A stretch of DNA of 50,980 nucleotides. Source: Planctomycetota bacterium (GTDB lineage: Bacteria > Planctomycetota > Phycisphaerae > WQYP01). Numbering within the stretch: the stretch's first letter is position 1; every line of letters starts with the position of its first letter. Positions 28,601 through 34,707 of the stretch are shown piece by piece. The notes beneath the pieces were generated by a model. The model saw nothing but the letters and a program-made list of their open reading frames with translations. It was not told where the DNA came from and ran no database searches. Where the stretch lies: the NCBI GenBank assembly GCA_021804985.1, contig JAJZGD010000003.1:1-50980 (forward strand), given 5' to 3'. The position numbers and the translations under genes are program-made.

Positions 28601-28861
28601 GGTTATCACGGCTTCACCGAGGAAGATGAGGCGTTCACCCAACAGGTCGCCCAATCATTCGCGGATGGCGCAATCCCAAAAATCACCGCGAAGAAAATTG
28701 CCCAATTACTGAAAAAAGAATCCGACCCGCTCAAAGTACTCAGCATTCTGCGCCGCGAAATTCCTACCTCGCTGCTTTCACCCACCCAATCCGCCCAGGC
28801 CGCCCGCGCCGCAAGCCCGCGTGAGGTGATTCTCTCTTCCATGCTGCTGGAGGCACCATGA
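25634..28861 (+). CDS. PLD-family (HKD) nuclease domain fused to an SNF2-family helicase
   Basis: The N-terminus has a single HKD motif, HAKVYIM...[10 protein letters not shown]. The SNF2 core shows GLGKT (motif I), DESHRFRN (II) and VSATPLNN (III). The C-lobe reads [14 protein letters not shown]...[23 protein letters not shown]. The start is taken at the ATG at 25634 ([12 protein letters not shown]); the ORF opens at 25586. Confidence 0.9.
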   Translation: [1075 protein letters not shown]

Positions 28862-28864
28862 ATC
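28814..28864 (+). repeat. 51-bp direct repeat, left copy (helicase 3' end / ATGA junction)
   Basis: AGCCCGCGTGAGGTGATTCTCTCTTCCATGCTGC[T]GGAGGCACCATGAATC. The same 51-mer with one mismatch is at 30266-30316, an offset of 1452 bp. Confidence 0.9.
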
Positions 28865-29049
28865 ACGATCAGTCCGGGCCAATCGCAAAGAAAACCCTCA
28901 CGCGAAAATTCGACGCGGGCCGATTTCTGGAATTTGTCGGCAAGCGGCTCAACACGGTGGGGCAAGCCAAGGCATACGCTCGCAATAGCCAATACGTCAA
29001 AAGCATACTTAGTGTTGCCGATAAAGGTCGTGGAAGGGGGGCGGCATGA
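28858..29049 (+). pseudogene. 63-codon remnant of a diverged methyltransferase N-terminus
   Basis: MNHDQSGPIAKKTLTRKFDAGRFLEFVGKRLN...NSQYVKSIL aligns with the MTase N-terminus MNRDQARNLVRETLTQKFDKGRFTALVGNLLN...NNQYVKDAF. Homology stops near 29010. There are ATGA overlaps at both ends, with the helicase stop and with the yhcG-like start. Confidence 0.65.
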
Positions 29050-30209
29050 TCAGAAGGCGTGACTCGCTGGCCGGGCCTAAGCCCAAAATCGCCGGCTACG
29101 AGGCGTTTCTGGCCGGCGTTACCGGCCTGCTCGAATCAGCCCGGCGCGGTGCCGCCCGGGCTGTTAATTCCCTCATCACCGCAACTTACTGGGAAATCGG
29201 CCGCCGCATGGTGCAATTGGAACAAGGTGGAGAATCGCGGGCCGATTATGGCGAATACCTCATGGACCGCTTATCCGCCGATCTTTCTGTGCGCTACGGT
29301 CGAGGCTTCTCCCGCCGGGCGGTCTATCAGATGCGGGCGTTCTATCTGGCATATCCGGCAATTGTGCAGACACCCTCTGCACAATTCGTCGCAACTGCCC
29401 AACTGCCTCCGGAGGTCAATCCGCTGATTGTGCAATCACCGATTGCACAATTGCCATCGCCGCGGTTCCCGCTGACCTGGACCCACTATGTGCGGATGCT
29501 GGCGGTCAAAAATGAATCCGCTCGAAACTTCTATGAAACCGAGGCCCTCCGATGCGGATGGTCCATCCGCCAGCTGGATCGCCAGATTGATTCGCTCTAT
29601 TACGAACGCACGGCCTTGTCAAAAAATAAGGCCGCCATGCTTGCCAAAGGCCGAAAAAAAAGTCCCGGCGACGCCGTTACCCCCGAAGAAGAAATCAAAG
29701 ACCCCTTCGTTCTGGAATTTCTACAACTCAAAGATGAATACTCCGAAACCCAATTGGAAGAGGCGCTCATCCGCCATTTGGAATCGTTCCTTCTGGAACC
29801 TGGCGATGATTTCGCCTTCCTTGGCCGGCAAAAGCGATTGCGGATCGACGACCAATGGTTCCGCGTCGATCTGTTATTTTTCCACCGCCGGCTTAAATTC
29901 CTGATCGTCATCGATCTCAAGACGGGAAAATTTACTCATGCCGATGCCGGCCAAATGCACCTGTATCTCAATTATGCCTCTGAACATTGGGTCCGGCCGG
30001 GAGAAAATCCGCCTGTGGGCCTGATTCTCTGCGCTCAGAAAGACGCGGCCATTGTTCATTATGCGCTGGAGAATTTGCCCAACAAAGTTCTTGCGGCGGA
30101 GTATAAAATGAAATTGCCCGATGAAGCCACCCTCGCCAATGAAATGGATCGCACGCGCAGGGCGCTGGAAATCAGATCAGTGCCCAGGCGCGGGGGCACG
30201 AAGAAATGA
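29046..30209 (+). CDS. YhcG-like PD-(D/E)xK nuclease domain protein (DUF1016 family)
   Basis: YWEIGRRMV, WTHYVRML, FYETEALRCGWSIRQLDRQI, DPFVLEFL and FLGRQKRLRIDDQWFRVDLLFFHRRLKFLIVIDLKTGKFTHADAGQMHLYLNY form the characteristic DUF1016 N-domain plus restriction-endonuclease-like core (D...DLK). Confidence 0.85.
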   Translation: MIRRRDSLAGPKPKIAGYEAFLAGVTGLLESARRGAARAVNSLITATYWEIGRRMVQLEQGGESRADYGEYLMDRLSADLSVRYGRGFSRRAVYQMRAFYLAYPAIVQTPSAQFVATAQLPPEVNPLIVQSPIAQLPSPRFPLTWTHYVRMLAVKNESARNFYETEALRCGWSIRQLDRQIDSLYYERTALSKNKAAMLAKGRKKSPGDAVTPEEEIKDPFVLEFLQLKDEYSETQLEEALIRHLESFLLEPGDDFAFLGRQKRLRIDDQWFRVDLLFFHRRLKFLIVIDLKTGKFTHADAGQMHLYLNYASEHWVRPGENPPVGLILCAQKDAAIVHYALENLPNKVLAAEYKMKLPDEATLANEMDRTRRALEIRSVPRRGGTKK

Positions 30210-30250
30210 GTACACCCCAAAGCATTATGCTCTATGCTGCAATCATGCGT

Positions 30251-30313
30251 GCCGCCCGTACAACCAGCCCGCGTGAGGTGATTCTCTCTTCCATGCTGCC
30301 GGAGGCACCATGA
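30251..30313 (+). pseudogene. 20-codon remnant of a helicase C-terminus
   Basis: [20 protein letters not shown] compares with the real helicase end [20 protein letters not shown]. Its TGA overlaps the MTase ATG exactly as at the left junction. Confidence 0.6.
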
Positions 30314-30316
30314 ATC
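30266..30316 (+). repeat. 51-bp direct repeat, right copy
   Basis: See 28814-28864. Confidence 0.9.
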
Positions 30317-33300
30317 GCGATCAGGCCCGCAACCTCGTCAGGGAAACCCTTACGCAGAAATTCGACAAGGGCAGGTTCACCGCCTTGGTGGGAAACCTGC
30401 TCAACCGCATCGATACGCAAAAAACGTTTTCCTGCAACAACCAATACGTCAAGGACGCCTTCAAGCCGCACGTGAACCGCTACGAGCGCATCGCAAAATA
30501 CACTGCGCCCGACCAACGCAAAATCGACATTCTGGTGGTGCACCTCACCGAAAACGCCAATCTCGGGCGCACCCGCACCGCATTGCGTAATTTCGTGGCG
30601 GATTATCTAAAAAACCGGGATCGCAAAGATGCGGCCCTGGTGGCATTTGTTTCTCCATCCGACTCGGCCTGGCGCTTCTCCTACGTCAAAATGGAATACG
30701 CCACCGTTGAAACATCATCGGGCGACGTTGCCACAGAAGCCCGCCTCACGCCCGCCCGCAGATTTTCCTACCTCGTTGGCCCCGGAGAAAGTTGCCATAC
30801 GGCGCAGACTCGCTTCGTATCGCTTCTGCAGGACACCACCAACAACCCAACGCTGACGGATATAGAAGCAGCCTTCAGCGTTGAGGCCGTCACCAGGGAA
30901 TTCTTCGCGCGCTACAAGGAACTTTTCCTTGCGGTAAAAGATGAACTCGACAGAATCGCCGCGGCCGAGAAGGCCATCCAGGGCGAATTCAGCCAACGCA
31001 AACTGAGCACCGCCGATTTTGCCAAAAAGCTCCTGGGCCAGATCGTGTTCCTATATTTCCTTCAAAAAAAAGGCTGGCTCGGCGTGGCAAAAGACGGTGC
31101 CTGGGGCAACGGCCCGCATAATTTTCTCCGTAAACTCGCCAACCGCGAATTCGTTAAATATGGCAATCTTTTCAACGATATCCTCGAACCACTCTTTTAC
31201 GATACCCTCGCCACCGACCGTGGCCATGAGGCGCTGTGTAAAAAGTTTAACTGCCGCATTCCCTTCCTCAACGGCGGCCTGTTCGAACCGCTGGGTGGCT
31301 ACGATTGGCGTAACACCGAAATCCTGCTGCCCAATGAATTGTTCACGAATACTCAACCGGTGGAAGAAGGCATCATCGGCACCGGTATTCTGGATGTATT
31401 CGACCGCTACAACTTCACCGTTAATGAAGCCGAGCCGCTGGAAAAGGAAGTCGCGATCGACCCCGAAATGCTGGGCAAGGTTTTTGAAAACCTGCTGGAA
31501 GTAAAGGAACGCAAATCCAAAGGTTCATTCTATACCCCGCGTGAAATTGTGCATTACATGTGCCAGGAAAGCCTGATTAACTATCTCGACACAGCAATCA
31601 ACGGCAATGGTAATGGTGACACAGGCATTCCTGCCTGTAAATTATCCCAGTGTGACACAGGCATTCCTGTCTGTGCCGGCAGTGATGCTGGTGCCCCAGG
31701 CATTCCTGTCTGTGCCCCACCAAAGGTACAGTGTGACACAGACATTCCTGTCTGTGCCGGCAGTGATGCTGGTGCCCCAGGCATTCCTGTCTGTGCCCCA
31801 CCAAAGGTACAGTGTGACACAGACATTCCTGTCTGTGCTGACGTTGATGTTGGCGTCCCAGGCATTCCTGCCTGTGCCTCGTCAAAAGCACAAGGTGACA
31901 CAGGCATTCCTGCCTGTGCCGGCAGTGGGAAAATTCACAAAACCACCCGCAATCTTCCCCATTGGACCAGAGAAGGCTCAGTCTATTGGACCACCTTCCG
32001 ACTCGCCGATTCCCTACCACAGGAAAAGCTCGATGCCTGGCGGGCGGAGCGGGAAATCTGGCTCAACCAACACCCTAAACCCTGGAGTGATGAGGATTGC
32101 AAAGAATACGACGCGATTTTCGACGAACGCCTGCAATCCTGGCTTGACGCCGGCTACGGTTCATGCGCCCTTATGCGGCCTGATGTCCGGCAAGTTGTGC
32201 AAGAGTGCCTGCTTCGCTTCGATGGCCAGCGGCTGCGGCTGCACGCCGCGGTCATCATGCCCAATCATATCCATTTGCTTCTCGAACCCCTTGTCGGCAA
32301 CGAATTGTCTGAACTCCTGAAGGGTATTAAAGGTGCAAGCGCCCGCAAAGCCAACCAAGCCTTGGGTAATACCGGGACCGCCTTTTGGATGGACGAATCT
32401 TACGACCACATTGTTCGCAGTGAGCGGCAGCGGCAACACCTTGTCCGCTACATGATGGAAAATCCCATCAAAGCAAATCTGCCAGCCGACCAATTTTGGC
32501 TTTACCAGTGTGACGGTGACACAGGCATTCCTGTCTGTGCCCCACCACAAACACAGACAAGAATGTCTGTGCCACGCTGTGATATCGAAACCCTTGTTCA
32601 CTCCGGCGACCAGGCGGCCCATTACGAAACCGCCCGCGTTGGAGGCACTACAAGTTACAGGGCTGAACTGCCGCCAGGCATCGAAAACAACGCGCGATCT
32701 CTGGATGAAGCGCTTGCCTCCATCACCGTTTGCGACCCCGCCATCGGTTCCGGCGCCTTTCCCGTCGGGATGATGCACGAAATTGTCCGTGCCCGCTCCG
32801 CCCTGACACCCTATTTCAACGATGTGGCCGAGCGCACCGCCTACCATTTCAAACGCCACGCCATTCAAAACTGCCTCTACGGCGTGGACATCGACCCCGG
32901 CGCGGTGGAGATCGCCAAGTTGCGGCTCTGGCTTTCGCTGGTGGTGGATGAAGAGGATGTCCAGCAGATCAAGCCGCTGCCGAACCTGGATTACAAAGTG
33001 GTGGTGGGCAATTCGCTGCTGGGCGTGGAAAAGACGCTGTTCAACCAAGAATTGTTCACCCGTCTGGAGGAGATCAAGCCAAAATATTTCGATGAAACAA
33101 ACAGCGATAAAAAGCACGAATACAGGAAGGAGATCAACCAACTTATCCAAGATCTCACCGACGGCCAAACGGCCTTCGATTTTGAGATTTATTTCTCGGA
33201 AGTGTTTCACCGTAACGGCGGGTTTGACGTGGTGATCGGCAACCCACCGTATTTGTTCGCAAGAAACAGTAAGGAAAAGGGGATTACCGCAGCGGACAAA

Positions 33301-34431
33301 AAAATCTACAACGGCACCTACATGCTCGCCGAATACCAGATAAACCTTTACCCGCTCTTCATAGAAAGAGGCACCGGGATACTAAGGGAAAGCGGCAGTT
33401 TCGCCTTCATCACGCCCAACAACTGGCTCACGATCAACACAAATGGCCTGCTGAGAAACTTTGTCCTGAACCGGTCGGAAATCACAATCGTCAATTTCTA
33501 CGCCCGCATGTTCGCCGGCGCGGATGTCGACAACTCAATAATCATCTATAAAAAATCCGCGGGGAAACGACGCATAAAACTCTTCGAGTACAGGAGCGGC
33601 CTGGAGCTCGTCAAGGAGGCTGATTGCGACTTCTTCCTGCAGCAACGCGACTCGATCATCAATATCGACGCACAGAAGGGTGGCCACGTTGCCGCATTAA
33701 TGCAAAAAATTGAATCCCGCGCCGACAGGCTCAGGGACGTTGCGGATGCCAGGGTCGGGCTTAAGGCATACCAGACCGGAAAGGGAAGACCACCACAGGA
33801 GAAGAAGGCCAAGGACGGGCGAATTTTCCACTCGGGCGACCAAATCGACGAAACCTACATCAAATACTTGGATGGCAGGGACGTGAGCCGGTACAGGCTG
33901 GGATGGGGAGGCGAATACCTCAAGTACGGCCGTCACCTTGCGGAACCGCGCACACAATTCAGGCTATTTTCCTCGAAGCGTATCCTCGTGCGCCAGATTC
34001 CGGCAAATCCGCCGTATTGTATCCACGCCTGCATCGCCGAGGAAACACTCCTCAATGACCTCAACTCAATGAACATCATCAATTCCCGCGAACCGGCAGA
34101 GCTTGTTCTGGGCATTTTGAACGCGCGGCTCACCTCGTTCTGGTTCGTCCACAGATTCGGCAAAATGCAGCGGCGAACGTTCCCGCAATTCAAAGTGAAC
34201 GAGCTCGCAGAATTTCCACTCCCCCGGGGGAGGGAGCGGCGGCAGGCCGAAATAATCCGCCTGGTTGGCGAGGCCATGTCGGCCAGGCGCAGCGACCCAG
34301 GGGCGGACATCTGTGCCATTGACCGGGAGATCGACCGAATCGTTTATAGCCTTTACGGCCTGACTCCCGAGGAGATCGCCATCGTCGAAGGGACAACCGA
34401 GGCGTCTGGCCGCGAGAAAAAAAAGAGCTAG
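30310..34431 (+). CDS. Eco57I-type (gamma-class) N6-adenine DNA methyltransferase with a TaqI_C-like target-recognition domain, carrying an in-frame REP/RAYT insertion
   Basis: Motif X GSFYTPREIVHYM (FYTP at 31528-31539), motif I CDPAIGSGAFP (from 32734), YGVDIDPGAVEIAKLRLWLSL, and motif IV GNPPY (33241-33252). The C-terminal TRD ends in the typical SLYGLTPEEIAIVE. FYTP and motif I are separated by ~398 aa, of which ~322 aa is the REP/RAYT segment. It is a single uninterrupted 1373-codon ORF. Confidence 0.9.
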   Translation: MNRDQARNLVRETLTQKFDKGRFTALVGNLLNRIDTQKTFSCNNQYVKDAFKPHVNRYERIAKYTAPDQRKIDILVVHLTENANLGRTRTALRNFVADYLKNRDRKDAALVAFVSPSDSAWRFSYVKMEYATVETSSGDVATEARLTPARRFSYLVGPGESCHTAQTRFVSLLQDTTNNPTLTDIEAAFSVEAVTREFFARYKELFLAVKDELDRIAAAEKAIQGEFSQRKLSTADFAKKLLGQIVFLYFLQKKGWLGVAKDGAWGNGPHNFLRKLANREFVKYGNLFNDILEPLFYDTLATDRGHEALCKKFNCRIPFLNGGLFEPLGGYDWRNTEILLPNELFTNTQPVEEGIIGTGILDVFDRYNFTVNEAEPLEKEVAIDPEMLGKVFENLLEVKERKSKGSFYTPREIVHYMCQESLINYLDTAINGNGNGDTGIPACKLSQCDTGIPVCAGSDAGAPGIPVCAPPKVQCDTDIPVCAGSDAGAPGIPVCAPPKVQCDTDIPVCADVDVGVPGIPACASSKAQGDTGIPACAGSGKIHKTTRNLPHWTREGSVYWTTFRLADSLPQEKLDAWRAEREIWLNQHPKPWSDEDCKEYDAIFDERLQSWLDAGYGSCALMRPDVRQVVQECLLRFDGQRLRLHAAVIMPNHIHLLLEPLVGNELSELLKGIKGASARKANQALGNTGTAFWMDESYDHIVRSERQRQHLVRYMMENPIKANLPADQFWLYQCDGDTGIPVCAPPQTQTRMSVPRCDIETLVHSGDQAAHYETARVGGTTSYRAELPPGIENNARSLDEALASITVCDPAIGSGAFPVGMMHEIVRARSALTPYFNDVAERTAYHFKRHAIQNCLYGVDIDPGAVEIAKLRLWLSLVVDEEDVQQIKPLPNLDYKVVVGNSLLGVEKTLFNQELFTRLEEIKPKYFDETNSDKKHEYRKEINQLIQDLTDGQTAFDFEIYFSEVFHRNGGFDVVIGNPPYLFARNSKEKGITAADKKIYNGTYMLAEYQINLYPLFIERGTGILRESGSFAFITPNNWLTINTNGLLRNFVLNRSEITIVNFYARMFAGADVDNSIIIYKKSAGKRRIKLFEYRSGLELVKEADCDFFLQQRDSIINIDAQKGGHVAALMQKIESRADRLRDVADARVGLKAYQTGKGRPPQEKKAKDGRIFHSGDQIDETYIKYLDGRDVSRYRLGWGGEYLKYGRHLAEPRTQFRLFSSKRILVRQIPANPPYCIHACIAEETLLNDLNSMNIINSREPAELVLGILNARLTSFWFVHRFGKMQRRTFPQFKVNELAEFPLPRGRERRQAEIIRLVGEAMSARRSDPGADICAIDREIDRIVYSLYGLTPEEIAIVEGTTEASGREKKKS
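31621..31918 (+). repeat. array of 8 REP hairpins (consensus CACAGGCA-TTCC-TGCCTGTG) including an 81-bp tandem repeat
   Basis: Hairpins at 31621-38, 31656-75, 31697-712, 31737-56, 31778-93, 31818-37, 31859-74 and 31899-918. The stem variants CACAGACA/TGTCTGTG keep pairing. Units starting at 31650, 31731 and 31812 have an exact 81-bp (27-codon) period. Confidence 0.85.
32529..32580 (+). repeat. REP doublet downstream of the RAYT core (one direct, one inverted)
   Basis: 32529-48 is CACAGGCA-TTCC-TGTCTGTG. 32561-80 is CACAGACA-AGAA-TGTCTGTG, whose loop is the reverse-orientation version (complement TTCT). Confidence 0.8.
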
Positions 34432-34441
34432 GAATTGACCA

Positions 34442-34654
34442 ATGAAAATCAGCCGTGTGCAGATTAAAAACTTCCGTAACTTCGCCAGCCTTGATGTGGC
34501 CCTTGGCGAACACGCCGTTATCGTCGGCGAAAACAAGGTCGGAAAATCGAATTTCCTATTCGCACTGCGATTGATTCTCGACCCGTCGCTGCCAGATACG
34601 GCAAGAAAACTTCGTGACGAAGACTTCCGGCCTTGGGAAAGGGGCGACCGGTGA
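34442..34654 (+). pseudogene. N-terminal stub (70 codons) of an OLD-family / AAA_15 ATPase (GajA/OLD-like)
   Basis: MKISRVQIKNFRNFASLDVALGEHAVIVGENKVGKSNFLFALRLILDPSL is the canonical OLD/AAA_15 start with Walker A GxNxxGKS. The frame stops at codon 70, and no Walker B or TOPRIM region follows in any frame. Confidence 0.7.
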
Positions 34655-34707
34655 GCAGGTACACACGGCGTCTAACGCGCCCCGGCGCGCCACGCTCCAT
34701 CCTTACC

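Larger units (their letters stand above)
31616..32582 (+). mobile_element. REP-associated tyrosine transposase (RAYT, HUH/Y1 IS200-like) core flanked by REP hairpins, nested in frame in the methyltransferase ORF
   Basis: The RAYT core runs about 31921-32517: RNLPHWTREGSVYWTTFRLADSLP; HUH motif MPNHIHLLL (H-I-H at 32266-32274); catalytic Tyr context ESYDHIVR (TAC at 32401-32403); YMMENPIKANL. Eight REP hairpins lie upstream and two downstream. There is no ATG, GTG or TTG in frame between the last upstream REP and the LPHW block. Confidence 0.75.

Noticed and set aside
31607-32320. 237-aa alternative-frame ORF (MVMVTQAFLPV...) and the two minus-strand ORFs across the REP array (31581-31907, 31598-32020).
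   Set aside because: Palindromic repeats are stop-free in several frames. Only the MTase frame yields the RAYT motifs (LPHW, HUH, Tyr).
31621-32580. Possible CRISPR array (regularly spaced palindromic repeats).
   Set aside because: The repeats are 16-20 nt with 17-25-nt intervening segments that are themselves repeated (81-bp tandem unit). There are no unique spacers, and the array lies inside an ORF next to a RAYT. These are REP elements.
34432-34707. Retron msr/msd or DRT2-like ncRNA upstream of the RT.
   Set aside because: The upstream 270 nt clearly encode an OLD/AAA_15 N-terminus. I saw no long a1/a2 inverted repeats. An ncRNA overlapping the stub cannot be strictly excluded without RNA data.
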